From an uncultured Gammaproteobacteria bacterium (GTDB lineage Bacteria > Pseudomonadota > Gammaproteobacteria > JAIEPX01), in NCBI GenBank assembly GCA_963725255.1, contig CAVRXV010000005.1, positions 341,608 to 405,607 of the forward strand: a DNA stretch of 64,000 nt. Reading direction: 5' to 3'. Both the position numbers and the translations under genes were made by a program. A model generated the notes under the pieces. It did no database searches, had not been told where the DNA came from, and was given only the letters and a program-made list of their open reading frames with translations. Below, in pieces: positions 50,024-60,176 of this stretch (position 1 is its first letter; the number at the start of each line of letters is the position of its first letter).

Positions 50024-50488
50024 ATGAGTACTATTCGCCCTGAGGGGTTTTCGTGGGTTTCGCCGTACATTATTGTTGCAGATGTTGATGCTGCGATTGA
50101 GTTTTATAAAAAAGTGTTTGGATTTACAGCGGGTTCAATTCAGAATAAAGATGAAAATGGAAATACGTCTCATGCTGAGATGTTTTATAAAGATCAATCA
50201 ATGATGTTGGGTCGTGAAGGGGGTTATGGTGGACCTTCAAGATCTCCGAAAAATTCTGGAGTGTCTTCACCGATCAGTATTTATCTTTATACCGATAATG
50301 TTGATGATTTTTATAAGAATGCAACAGCTGCGGGCGCTCATTCAATTGCCCCGCCTGAAAATATGTTTTGGGCAGATAGAATGTGTGTGTTAACAGATTT
50401 GGATGGATATGTTTGGTCTTTTTCTACGCATTTAGGTGAAGCTGCTCTTCAAAAACATAAAGAGGAAAAAGAGCATTCTAAATCGTAA
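50024..50488 (+). CDS. VOC/glyoxalase (PhnB-like) protein
   Basis: VSPYI, AIEFYKKVFG, HAEM, MFWADR, DLDGYVW. Confidence 0.88.
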   Translation: MSTIRPEGFSWVSPYIIVADVDAAIEFYKKVFGFTAGSIQNKDENGNTSHAEMFYKDQSMMLGREGGYGGPSRSPKNSGVSSPISIYLYTDNVDDFYKNATAAGAHSIAPPENMFWADRMCVLTDLDGYVWSFSTHLGEAALQKHKEEKEHSKS

Positions 50489-50505
50489 TTTTTATTGATA
50501 ATGAG

Positions 50506-50542
50506 AAAAGCAATTCTCGCGAAAGCGGGGATTGCTTTTTTT
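50506..50542. terminator. Bidirectional intrinsic terminator
   Basis: AAAAGCAATTCTCGC-GAAA-GCGGGGATTGCTTTTTTT between convergent genes. Confidence 0.85.
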
Positions 50543-50557
50543 ATACCAGAATGTAAG

Positions 50558-51622
50558 TTACGAAATTAAAAATAATCCGATTGTTCCTACAATATATACT
50601 GCTAAGACTACAATTGAATCGATGCCCAAATTAAAAAATTGACGTTTTGGACGAAATATTAATCCAAAAATAAATATTGATGTTAGGAGAACACCTAAAC
50701 TGGCAAGATAAATATCCGTGGTTTGAGCTTGTGGTAAAACAGATTCACCGGAGATCAGTGTCGCAAGCATAAACAAAACGGGTAAGAAAGCATTGCCACC
50801 AAAAATATCGCTCACGGCCAATGTATATTCACCTAATCTTATAGCGGCAAGTCCTGAAGAAATTTCTGGTATTGAAGTGGTGGCTGCTAAAATTGTAGAG
50901 CCGAAAAGAACGCCGCTCCAATGAATTTTATCAGCGATAGCGCTCCCACTTTCTTCGAGCACAGCACCAGCAATGAGTGTAATAATAGATGCTAGCATGA
51001 AAACAAATATTGTAAACGCAGTGCTCCAGTGTTTTCTTTTGTTCTGTTGAGGCGTTTTTTTGAGAGGAATGATATTAGGTGCGCGCCCTTTTTTGTGCCA
51101 TGGTAAATCAGTGCGCGCTTTATTAATTAACCAAAGGCCAATCAACCAAGTCAAAAAAATTAATAAATCTCCAGGAGCGAGTCGAGCATAAATTATATTT
51201 TTTGGAAGCTGGGCAGCCATAATACAAATTACGAGTACGATGATAACCAAAGTGCCTTCGAGCACAAGTTGTAATGAGGCAGCTTGATAAGTTAAAGACG
51301 CTTTATTTTTTAAACCAATACCATCTAAAAAAACGAGTACAACGGTTTGAATTCCGATTCCACCTAAAATATTTCCTATTGCAATGCCCATGTTATGATG
51401 AATTGAGGCACTAATGATGATTGCAATTTCTGGTAAGTTTGTGGCGATGGAAAGAAAAATTAAACCTCCCAGCGCTTCGCCAAGGTTGAAACGAGTATCG
51501 ATAATATCAGTCGTGTTGGAAAGTTCTATGCCCGCAATCCAAACTGCAGTAGCAGCTGCAATGAAGAGCGGAATTAATGCGGTCAGTGAAAGCGAGGTAA
51601 ACATAATGTCCATCCATGACAA
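50558..51622 (-). CDS. Sodium:calcium antiporter (CaCA family)
   Basis: Alpha repeats ATNLPE..GNILG and TTSIPE..SDIFGGN. Confidence 0.9.
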   Translation of the reverse strand: MSWMDIMFTSLSLTALIPLFIAAATAVWIAGIELSNTTDIIDTRFNLGEALGGLIFLSIATNLPEIAIIISASIHHNMGIAIGNILGGIGIQTVVLVFLDGIGLKNKASLTYQAASLQLVLEGTLVIIVLVICIMAAQLPKNIIYARLAPGDLLIFLTWLIGLWLINKARTDLPWHKKGRAPNIIPLKKTPQQNKRKHWSTAFTIFVFMLASIITLIAGAVLEESGSAIADKIHWSGVLFGSTILAATTSIPEISSGLAAIRLGEYTLAVSDIFGGNAFLPVLFMLATLISGESVLPQAQTTDIYLASLGVLLTSIFIFGLIFRPKRQFFNLGIDSIVVLAVYIVGTIGLFLIS

Positions 51623-51808
51623 TAGAATTCAATTTCATTTCTCTAGATTCTTAAAAGAATATTATAGTCTATTTTTTTCTATTTTTCTTGAAGTGCTCAG
51701 TCTGTGAAATTAGCTAAAAGTTATGAATAAATAAATACCTTGATAATGGTCGGGGTAAGTGCTAGAGTGTATATTGTCATTAAATTTACTAAATGAGAGT
51801 ATCATATC

Positions 51809-52252
51809 ATGAAAATTCAATTGAAATCCATTACTGCCCTTTCTTTATTATTGTTAGCAAGTTCTTCGATTTATGCAGCGAATGAAGTTTCTGCAAATGA
51901 ATCAACGAGAGCTTTAAATACAGTGCATATTATTAATACTACAGATAAGGATGTTACTTACAGATTAGTTTCATCATCTGCTGCAAATATGTATTACGGT
52001 GTTAAGCATGGTAAAACTGCAAAATATCATTCAAAACCGGGTGATAAACACGCTACTTTTGAAATTGGTGAATGCAAAAGTTTTAATAGTCTGACAGGTC
52101 TTTGCCTCAATTTTGATTCTAAGGACATCAAAAATTGTGTAGGCAACACGTATTATAATGCTAATAAAATTGATTCAATCACGATCAATTCTTTATCTTC
52201 TTGCTCAATTAAATGTGTTGATGGTAGTTCAACTTCGTGCATTTCTGAGTAA
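51809..52252 (+). CDS. Secreted Cys-containing hypothetical protein
   Basis: Signal peptide, six Cys. Confidence 0.7.
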   Translation: MKIQLKSITALSLLLLASSSIYAANEVSANESTRALNTVHIINTTDKDVTYRLVSSSAANMYYGVKHGKTAKYHSKPGDKHATFEIGECKSFNSLTGLCLNFDSKDIKNCVGNTYYNANKIDSITINSLSSCSIKCVDGSSTSCISE

Positions 52253-52261
52253 ATTCTTGAG

Positions 52262-52298
52262 ATTCAGGAGCTCTCAACTAAATGAGATGCTCCTGAAT
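52262..52298. terminator. Hairpin terminator between convergent genes
   Basis: ATTCAGGAGC..GCTCCTGAAT inverted repeat. Confidence 0.6.
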
Positions 52299-52299
52299 A

Positions 52300-53259
52300 T
52301 TATGCTTTTTGATCTTCGAACATAGAGCTTACGGATTCTTTATTATTCACGCGCAAAATTGTTTCCGAAATAATATGACTTAAACTTAAGGAACGAATTT
52401 TGGGGCAATTTATAGCAGGTTCTTGCAATGGAATCGTATCGCACACAACCACTTCATCCAAATCAGATTCTATAATATTTTTTATCGCTGGACCAGAAAG
52501 CACAGCGTGAGTTGCGTAAGCCACAACACTTTTTGCGCCTTGTTTTTTTAATGCTGTAGCCGCTTGGCAAAGTGTGCCTGCTGTATCAACGATATCATCG
52601 ACGACGATACATTTCCGGTCTTTAACATCACCGATAATATTCATGACTTCGGATTGATTGTGAGTGCGTCGTCGTTTGTCGATGATCGCTAAATCAGAAT
52701 CGTTCAATCTTTTTGCGATGGCTCGTGCACGTACTACGCCTCCCACATCAGGAGAAACCACCGTGACAGACTTGTCATATCCACAAGCAAGCATGTCTTC
52801 AAGCATTACTGGTGTAGAATAAACGTTGTCCACTGGCATTGAGAAAAAACCTTGAATTTGATCGGCATGTAAATCAACCGTGATTAAGCGCGTTATACCT
52901 ACAGTTGCCATCATATCGGCAACAACTTTTGCTGTGATAGGAACGCGAGCGGAACGTGGACGTCGGTCTTGGCGACCGTAACCAAAGTAAGGCATGACAG
53001 CTGTGATGCTGGCTGCTGAAGCTCGTCGAAGCGCGTCCGTCATGATAATGAGTTCCATGAGGTTATCATTGGTGGGGACGCTAGTGGATTGCAGAATAAA
53101 AATTTCGCGACCGCGCACGTTTTCATGGATTTCCACCATGATCTCGCCGTCGCTGAATCGATCAACAATGGCTTTGCCCAGTGGAATTTGTAATTCGTGA
53201 GAGACTTTTTGCGCTAGAACAGGATTGGAGTTACCCATGAAAAGTTTAATTTCTGCCAC
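52300..53259 (-). CDS. prs: Ribose-phosphate pyrophosphokinase
   Basis: [43 protein letters not shown]. Confidence 0.98.
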   Translation of the reverse strand: MAEIKLFMGNSNPVLAQKVSHELQIPLGKAIVDRFSDGEIMVEIHENVRGREIFILQSTSVPTNDNLMELIIMTDALRRASAASITAVMPYFGYGRQDRRPRSARVPITAKVVADMMATVGITRLITVDLHADQIQGFFSMPVDNVYSTPVMLEDMLACGYDKSVTVVSPDVGGVVRARAIAKRLNDSDLAIIDKRRRTHNQSEVMNIIGDVKDRKCIVVDDIVDTAGTLCQAATALKKQGAKSVVAYATHAVLSGPAIKNIIESDLDEVVVCDTIPLQEPAINCPKIRSLSLSHIISETILRVNNKESVSSMFEDQKA

Positions 53260-53297
53260 TGTATCACCTCTGGTTTGCTACATAACTTAATCATTTG

Positions 53298-53372
53298 TGG
53301 CTGGGGTGCCAGGATTCGAACCTGGGAATGCTGGGATCAAAACCCAGTGCCTTACCGCTTGGCGACACCCCA
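53298..53372 (-). tRNA. tRNA-Gln (TTG)
   Basis: TGGGGTGTCGCCAAGCGGTAAGGC..TTTGA..GGTTCGAATCC..GCCA at the canonical ispE-prs position. Confidence 0.96.
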
Positions 53373-53380
53373 ATCAATTG

Positions 53381-54217
53381 CTATCTATAAAGTGGTGACT
53401 TATTGCACCCTTTCGCAACAACTCCTTTGAAAGGAGCTGGAATTTGGCTGACTACACTTTCGGCCCGATCTTTTTCTGCGAAGCTCGAAAATACAGTACT
53501 GCCAGAACCAGACATCTTAGCAAAACTAAACTGATTTAACCAGTCAATAGCGTGCCCCACATCAGGATATAAGCTTCTGACAAGCCCTTCTATACTATTT
53601 GAACCACCGTGGCTCAGGAATTCACTTATTGTGATAGGTTGGTTGTTCCGTGTCAATTGTGGGTGTGAAAATATTTCACGTGTGGAAACGCTCACAGGTG
53701 GGATCAGAATAACGTACCAAGGTTCCTGTAATTCTAAGTTTGTAAAAACATCACCTGTTCCTGTAGCGTAAGCTGCTTTCCCATGAATAAAAATAGGCAC
53801 ATCAGCACCCAACTGTGAACCTAATGCCATGAGTTCCTGATCTGTAAGTCCGGTTTGCCAAAGTCGATTTAATCCGACCAAAGTTGTGGCTGCATTCGAA
53901 CTTCCACCCCCTATTCCGCCACCAATGGGCAAACGTTTATCAAGATGAATATGAGCGCCGAATCGAGTGCCCGTTTTATTTTGAAGCAGTTTTGCAGCGC
54001 GATAGATTAGATTGTCTTCTTGAGAAATTGTTAGTCCAGGAGAATCAAGGGTAATGTTTTCATTTTCTTTCAAAGAAAATTGAAGTTGATCTGCAAAATC
54101 GATAAATTGAAAAACAGTTTGAAGATTATGATAATCATCTTCTCGACGATCCAAAACGTTGAGGAAAAGATTTAATTTTGCCGGGGCGGGAAGTGTTAAT
54201 GTTGTGGTACGTGTCAT
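53381..54217 (-). CDS. ispE: 4-diphosphocytidyl-2-C-methyl-D-erythritol kinase
   Basis: APAKLNLFL, PIGGGIGGGSSNAA, LGADVP, MSGSGS. Confidence 0.97.
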   Translation of the reverse strand: MTRTTTLTLPAPAKLNLFLNVLDRREDDYHNLQTVFQFIDFADQLQFSLKENENITLDSPGLTISQEDNLIYRAAKLLQNKTGTRFGAHIHLDKRLPIGGGIGGGSSNAATTLVGLNRLWQTGLTDQELMALGSQLGADVPIFIHGKAAYATGTGDVFTNLELQEPWYVILIPPVSVSTREIFSHPQLTRNNQPITISEFLSHGGSNSIEGLVRSLYPDVGHAIDWLNQFSFAKMSGSGSTVFSSFAEKDRAESVVSQIPAPFKGVVAKGCNKSPLYR

Positions 54218-54298
54218 TTTAATGCTATGTCTGATTTAAGATTAATCCATACGAGTATATTATAAAAATAAGTGTGGATTTTAGATCCGACACCTCCA

Positions 54299-55237
54299 TT
54301 AAATACGTTTAGTAACATTTGAAGATAAGCCGAAATTATCAGAAAATGGTTTGACAAAATCTTCTCTACCCGTAAATTCGGGCACATCGTTGAACAGATA
54401 GTCGATGCCTTTTTGATATTCTTTTGCAAAGGCTTTTGGATCTTTAGTGTAGATTGTAAAGGCTGTTGTGAAGTGGGATTTTGCTTCATTTACCCTACCA
54501 GCCAAAATACAAGCTTGTCCTGCTCTAAAGTAGGCTAAGCCATATTCAGAATCCATCGATATGGCTTTTTGAAACCACTGTATGCTGTTTTCAACTTCAG
54601 ATTTTGAATCGTGCTTAAACTCATTTGCCAATTTGGTTAAATCCATATAGGCTTCACCTGCAAGACAGGCGGCAATTTTATTAGGTTTTTCCTGAAATGC
54701 TTTTTTGTAAGTGTCTACGGCATTATTGAGGTAGCTTTTTTTATCATTATATTCTTTGGCGACTGTTGCGCGACGTTGGTAAGCATAACCTAATCCGTAT
54801 AATACGAATGTAAAATGGCGGTTATCTTTAGTAAATGTGGATTGTTGTGCTGCCTGTTGCGCTTGACTAATTAACTCATCAGCTGCTTGAGTATTATCTG
54901 CATTGAGTTCTTGATCGGCTATATTTAGCATAGCGAAAATACGATTAACGGAAATAGTATGATTGTTAGGATCAAGTTGATTGGCTTTTTGCAATAATCT
55001 TAACGAGGAAGGACTGATGTAACCTTCAGTGACTCGTTCTGAAATTACCACATTATTATACGTGCGAGCGGCATATTCATTCCAATCTGTCTCTGGTGGC
55101 AAATTATTTTTTCCAGTCACCCAATCTAGAGTTGGGTCTTTGAATTGAGGTTGCTGATGAAAAAGACCGATTTTGTACCCAACTCCAGCGCCAACTAGAG
55201 CTGAGGCACTGATTGATAACATTGTTTTAATACGCAT
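54299..55237 (-). CDS. TPR-repeat hypothetical protein
   Basis: LYGLGYAY, LAGEAY, AYFRAGQAC helical repeats; hydrophobic N-terminus. Confidence 0.75.
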   Translation of the reverse strand: MRIKTMLSISASALVGAGVGYKIGLFHQQPQFKDPTLDWVTGKNNLPPETDWNEYAARTYNNVVISERVTEGYISPSSLRLLQKANQLDPNNHTISVNRIFAMLNIADQELNADNTQAADELISQAQQAAQQSTFTKDNRHFTFVLYGLGYAYQRRATVAKEYNDKKSYLNNAVDTYKKAFQEKPNKIAACLAGEAYMDLTKLANEFKHDSKSEVENSIQWFQKAISMDSEYGLAYFRAGQACILAGRVNEAKSHFTTAFTIYTKDPKAFAKEYQKGIDYLFNDVPEFTGREDFVKPFSDNFGLSSNVTKRI

Positions 55238-55366
55238 TATTTAGCCATCATTTGAAAGTGTTCAGATTCAGCTTAAAAGTGAGTTATCTTTCTCGGTAAA
55301 GCTCCCACTAAAAGAACTGTGCTGATGATACCTAATTTGTATAAATTACGCAATATTTGTTGGGTC

Positions 55367-55507
55367 TTACGCTATAAGTTCAATTATGGATACAGCGTAA
55401 GCACTAAAATCCAATTTATTTACGCCATAAACAGAATTATGTTTCTTGCGTAAAGAAATGGCCTGTGGTAAGCTTACGCTATAAACAACTTTCGAGTTAT
55501 AGCGTAA
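55367..55507 (+). repeat. Three TTACGC-N22-GCGTAA palindromes, period 53-54 bp, overlapping the promoter
   Basis: Units at 55367, 55420, 55474; TTGCGT-17-TAAGCT at 55446-55474. Confidence 0.85.
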
Positions 55508-55518
55508 AGGAACTGGTT

Positions 55519-56958
55519 ATGGCAACTGCCCGTACATTTATTGGCCGGGAATCAGAAATGGCTGATTTGCATAGGCTCATCCATCGTAAAGCGGCTTCAT
55601 TAGTGGTAGTTAAAGGTAGGCGGCGGATCGGAAAGAGCCGGTTAATCAATGAGTTTGCTAAATCGTTCCCGAACTATCATTTCATTGGGCTTCCTCCAGA
55701 GGAAAATACTACGGCGCATACCCAGCGAACTGAATTTGCGCGTCAGCTGCAAGAACAGATTGATTTACCACCGATTATGGCAGAAGACTGGGGAGATCTT
55801 TTTACGTGGGTAGGTAAATCAACGCAGAACGGTCGACATGTTATCGTGCTCGACGAAATTACTTGGATGGGATCTTTTGATCCAAGTTTTTTGGGTAAAT
55901 TAGAAGTTGTCTGGGAGAAGTACTTTAGTAAAAATCCCGAGTTGATTTTAATTCTTTGTGGATCCGTATCGCAATGGATTGAGGAAAACATTTTAAGTAG
56001 CACAGGATATTTTGGCCGTATCGCTTTGGAAATTACACTTGAGGAGCTTTCTCTAAAAAGTTGTGATCAGTTATTGGATTCATTGAATTTTAAAGGCAGT
56101 TCAATAGAAAAACTGCAGCTGTTATCAGTTACAGGCGGAGTGCCTTGGTATATTGAGCTATTTAATCCAAGTATCTCTGTCACTGAAAATATTAAAGCAT
56201 TATGCTTTAGGAAAAATGCCATGCTGGTCAAAGAATACGAAAGGGTGTTCAATGATTTATTCGGTAAACGAGGAGATGTCTATCAAAAGATTGTTGAGAG
56301 TTTGGCTGATGGTCCGCGAGAATATGGAGATTTAGCAACAGCTATTAATTACACCAGCAGCGGTGCTCTCAGTAATTATTTGAATGATTTGGTAGAGTCA
56401 GGGTTTTTAACGCGGGATTATGCATGGGAATTGAGTTCAGGCAAAGATATAGATGTCAGTCGATTTCGATTAAGAGATAATTATCTACGTTTTTATTTCA
56501 AATGCATCCCTCCGCGTCTTAGTAAAATTCAAAAAGATTTATTTCAAGATCGCGCCTTAACGAGTATTCCTGGATGGAATAGTATAAGAGGACTGCAATT
56601 TGAGAATTTAGTCCTTAATAATCGTCGCCTAATTTGGAGTGCTTTAAAAATTAGCGAAGAAGAAATCGTTAATGATAATCCCTTCTTACAACGCAAAACT
56701 ACACAACAACAAGGCTGTCAAATCGACTACCTTATCCATACTGAATTTAACATACTCTATGTTTTTGAAATTAAATTCTCTCAAAACAAGATCGGAAAAA
56801 GCGTCATTGATGAAGTAAAGCAAAAAATAGCAAGAATAAAGATGCCCCGCGGTTTTGCAGTAAAACCCGTATTGATTCACACCAGCGAAGTCACAACTGA
56901 TCTTCTTGAAGAACGCTATTTCGCAGCAATTATAAACATGCTTGACTTTTTTGCTTAA
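55519..56958 (+). CDS. Archaeal-type AAA ATPase with wHTH and C-terminal PD-(D/E)xK-like domain
   Basis: FIGRESE, GRRRIGKS, LDEI, CGS, GGVPWY, DNYLRFY, FE, QID..FEIKF. Confidence 0.9.
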   Translation: MATARTFIGRESEMADLHRLIHRKAASLVVVKGRRRIGKSRLINEFAKSFPNYHFIGLPPEENTTAHTQRTEFARQLQEQIDLPPIMAEDWGDLFTWVGKSTQNGRHVIVLDEITWMGSFDPSFLGKLEVVWEKYFSKNPELILILCGSVSQWIEENILSSTGYFGRIALEITLEELSLKSCDQLLDSLNFKGSSIEKLQLLSVTGGVPWYIELFNPSISVTENIKALCFRKNAMLVKEYERVFNDLFGKRGDVYQKIVESLADGPREYGDLATAINYTSSGALSNYLNDLVESGFLTRDYAWELSSGKDIDVSRFRLRDNYLRFYFKCIPPRLSKIQKDLFQDRALTSIPGWNSIRGLQFENLVLNNRRLIWSALKISEEEIVNDNPFLQRKTTQQQGCQIDYLIHTEFNILYVFEIKFSQNKIGKSVIDEVKQKIARIKMPRGFAVKPVLIHTSEVTTDLLEERYFAAIINMLDFFA

Positions 56959-56984
56959 TGATCCCAATCGTGCAGGTCAGTTAT

Positions 56985-57635
56985 CTACCATTGCTTGAAA
57001 ATAATTTTTACACGCAAATCACCATTCGTCATCACAACATTCCGAGGTAAATCTAAATTACCAACAGCTTGGTAACGTTGGTAGTTAATTAACCAACCTT
57101 GTTGTTGTAACACTTTGAGATGACCATATTCATCATGAATTTTTCGAGCGGCAATTCCCGGTGCTTCAAGACCACGACTCCAAAAACGTAAATTTGATAG
57201 CGGTAAAAACCAACCTAGTTCTTGTCGCATGAGCGCTTCGGGAGATGGGGCACTACGCGGTGTATTAACATTTTTCCATAATGTTGCATGCCCAGGGCTG
57301 CCCTCGATGCGAACGCTTGCAGCATTGAGGGGGCCGTACGTTCTGAAGTCGTAAGCTAAACCATCTTGACGCCACACAAAGGTGCCGATGTCTGTTTTGC
57401 CCTGATATGAAATGCCGACCGAACCACTGGCTGTCCAAGAATTTAGCTGGGATAGTTGGGCAGAACGTTGGGTGTTGCTGAGAGGTTTATTGCTGGGCGC
57501 TTGAGCGGGACGTTCAAAAATGCCCTGCATCGTTGAGCAACCGGTAAGGGATGTGGCCATAATGATTAATAAAATGGCTGCAGACCTACGTAGCGTATGA
57601 TGAGTAAAGCTATTGACTGTGTTGAGTAGGTCCAT
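56985..57635 (-). CDS. lolB: Outer-membrane lipoprotein insertase LolB
   Basis: Lipobox LTGC, GPL, LGWFLP, QQGWLINY, LP; divergent from hemA. Confidence 0.9.
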   Translation of the reverse strand: MDLLNTVNSFTHHTLRRSAAILLIIMATSLTGCSTMQGIFERPAQAPSNKPLSNTQRSAQLSQLNSWTASGSVGISYQGKTDIGTFVWRQDGLAYDFRTYGPLNAASVRIEGSPGHATLWKNVNTPRSAPSPEALMRQELGWFLPLSNLRFWSRGLEAPGIAARKIHDEYGHLKVLQQQGWLINYQRYQAVGNLDLPRNVVMTNGDLRVKIIFKQW

Positions 57636-57719
57636 GATATCTCCTAAAGCAATTATGCAGTCTTCAAGCAAAAGGCTGCGAAATTGGAAGTCTATCATGA
57701 GGTTTGTGTGGCTGGAAGG

Positions 57720-57796
57720 ATCAAGGTGTCAGATCTAAGATTAATACATCCTCAATTTTCATTGAGATGTATTAATCTTAGATCTGACACCTTGAT
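57720..57796. repeat. 31-bp perfect inverted repeat (REP-like hairpin)
   Basis: ATCAAGGTGTCAGATCTAAGATTAATACATC and its exact reverse complement at 57766-57796. Confidence 0.9.
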
Positions 57797-57838
57797 TAGA
57801 TTTGACCCCTTCCCTCTGCAAGGCCTATAATCCCGAGT

Positions 57839-59074
57839 ATGTTAGCAATAGGACTCAATCATAAGACCGCACCGATCGCTCTTCGCGAGCAGCTGTCCTT
57901 TTGCACCGAAAAAACACCTTTGGCTTTGCGTGATTTGGTTGGATTAGAGGCTGTTAATGAAGCGGTGATTCTCTCAACGTGCAATCGCGTCGAATTATAT
58001 TGTGCGGGTGATGCCGAAGATGAAGTGAAAAATTGGTTGGCGCGCTATCATCAATTGCCCATGGATATTTTATCCCCACATCTTTATTGTCATCGTCATC
58101 AAGATGCCGTTCGTCATGTCATGCAAGTGGCCAGTGGACTCGATTCAATGATGTTGGGTGAGTCACAAATTTTTGGACAAATCAAACAAGCCTATTCTAT
58201 TGCACGTGATGCAGGAACAGTTGGCGATGTATTCGGCAGATTATTTCCCACGGTTTTTTCAGTCACAAAACAAGTTCGTTCTGATACTGAAATTGGAGCA
58301 AGTCCAGTTTCGATTGCTTATGCAGCAGTTCATCACGCAAAAAGAATTTTTTCTTCATTTGAACAACATCCCGTTTTGCTGATTGGAGCGGGTGATACCA
58401 TCGAAATGGTTGCGATGCATTTATATAATCAAGGTGCACGACGAATTATTGTTGCGAATCGTTCTTTAGAGCGTGCGGAATTAATTGCAAAAAAATATCA
58501 CGGACATTGGATACGCATTGCTGATGTTCCTGCGTATTTAAAAGAAGTGGATATTGTTGTAACAGCGACAGCGAGTCAATTACCGATTTTAGGAAAAGGC
58601 ACTCTGGAAAGCGCACTGAAAGTGCGAAAACATCGCCCCATTTTCATTGTTGATTTAGCCATTCCACGTGATGTAGAGCCTGAAGCGGGAGCGCTAGAAG
58701 ATATTTATCTTTACAATATTGATGACTTAATCAGTTTTGTTGATCAAAATTTAAAATGTCGTGAAGGTGCTGCGCAAAAAGCGCAAGAAATGATTTCCTT
58801 GGCGGCTGCGCATTTTATGCGAGAATGGCGTGGACAAGATGCATTAAGTACAGTGCGCGATTATCGTCAAAAAATTGATCAACTTCGGGATGAAGCATTA
58901 GAAGAAGCATTACTGTTAATTGAGCGAGGTCAGGATCCAAAACAAGCAATGGCAATTTTTTCTCGAAGTTTAACGAACAAAATAATGCACAGTCCTACTA
59001 TCCATATGCGACAAGCAGCGTTCGACGATCGACCCGAACTGTTGGCATTCGCGCGGTTATTATTTGATTTATAA
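57839..59074 (+). CDS. hemA: Glutamyl-tRNA reductase
   Basis: [33 protein letters not shown]. Confidence 0.97.
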   Translation: MLAIGLNHKTAPIALREQLSFCTEKTPLALRDLVGLEAVNEAVILSTCNRVELYCAGDAEDEVKNWLARYHQLPMDILSPHLYCHRHQDAVRHVMQVASGLDSMMLGESQIFGQIKQAYSIARDAGTVGDVFGRLFPTVFSVTKQVRSDTEIGASPVSIAYAAVHHAKRIFSSFEQHPVLLIGAGDTIEMVAMHLYNQGARRIIVANRSLERAELIAKKYHGHWIRIADVPAYLKEVDIVVTATASQLPILGKGTLESALKVRKHRPIFIVDLAIPRDVEPEAGALEDIYLYNIDDLISFVDQNLKCREGAAQKAQEMISLAAAHFMREWRGQDALSTVRDYRQKIDQLRDEALEEALLLIERGQDPKQAMAIFSRSLTNKIMHSPTIHMRQAAFDDRPELLAFARLLFDL

Positions 59075-59088
59075 AGGTCCCACATACG

Positions 59089-60174
59089 ATGAAAGAGTCT
59101 ATTAAAAATAAATTACAGAAATTGATGGAACGATTTGAGGAATTATCTCAACTTATCAGCACGCCCGAAGTAATTTCACATCAAGATAAATTTAGAGAAT
59201 ATTCTAAAGAATATTCCAAGCTAGAGCCGCTGGTGGAAAAATTTAAAGAATACCAGCGCAATGAAAAATTGCACGATGATGCACAGATGATGTTGCAAGA
59301 AAAAGACAGTGAGATGCATGCATTAGCCGAGATGGAAGTTGCGGATACACAGGCGCGATTAGATTCAATGAATAATGAAATTCAAACGCTATTATTGCCC
59401 GAAGATCCTAATGATCAATGTAACGTGTATTTGGAAATTCGAGGTGGAGCGGGAGGTGATGAAGCCGCTATTTTTGCCGGTGATTTGCATCGCATGTACA
59501 ATAAGTATGCGGAGAATAATCGTTGGAAAGTGGAAGTGATATCGGTGAGTCATGGAGAGCATGGTGGATTCAAAGAAATCATTAGTCGCATTTCAGGAAA
59601 AGGTGTTTATGGTCATTTAAAATTTGAATCAGGTGCTCATCGAGTGCAGCGAGTTCCAGAAACAGAATCACAAGGGCGTGTACATACGTCAACGTGTACT
59701 GTTGCAATAATGCCTGAGGTAGAAGAAATCGAAAATGTGGAAATTTCACCCACTGATTTAAGAATTGATACGTATCGTTCGTCGGGTGCAGGTGGGCAGC
59801 ATGTGAATACCACAGACTCTGCAATTAGAATTACACATATTCCTACGGGCATTGTTGCAGAATGCCAAGAAGAACGATCGCAACATAAAAATAAAGCGAA
59901 AGCGATGTCTTTATTGCAAGCACGAATATTGGATTCTCAACGTTCTCAACAACAGCAACAACAAGCGGAACAACGACGAAATTTAGTGGGTACAGGTGAT
60001 CGTTCAGAACGCATTCGAACTTATAATTTCCCACAAGGCCGATTAACTGATCATCGAATCAATTTAACATTGTATAAGTTAAGTGATATTATGGAAGGAG
60101 CTCTTGGTCAAGTCATAGAACCATTGCTGAGAGAACATCAAATGGATTTATTAGCCACATTAAGTGAGGAATAA
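59089..60174 (+). CDS. prfA: Peptide chain release factor 1
   Basis: [24 protein letters not shown]. Confidence 0.98.
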   Translation: MKESIKNKLQKLMERFEELSQLISTPEVISHQDKFREYSKEYSKLEPLVEKFKEYQRNEKLHDDAQMMLQEKDSEMHALAEMEVADTQARLDSMNNEIQTLLLPEDPNDQCNVYLEIRGGAGGDEAAIFAGDLHRMYNKYAENNRWKVEVISVSHGEHGGFKEIISRISGKGVYGHLKFESGAHRVQRVPETESQGRVHTSTCTVAIMPEVEEIENVEISPTDLRIDTYRSSGAGGQHVNTTDSAIRITHIPTGIVAECQEERSQHKNKAKAMSLLQARILDSQRSQQQQQQAEQRRNLVGTGDRSERIRTYNFPQGRLTDHRINLTLYKLSDIMEGALGQVIEPLLREHQMDLLATLSEE

Positions 60175-60176
60175 CA

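Noticed and set aside
55367-55507. CRISPR mini-array interpretation
   Set aside because: Only the 6-bp palindromic ends are strictly conserved, gaps are 19-20 nt, the array overlaps a promoter, and there are no cas genes
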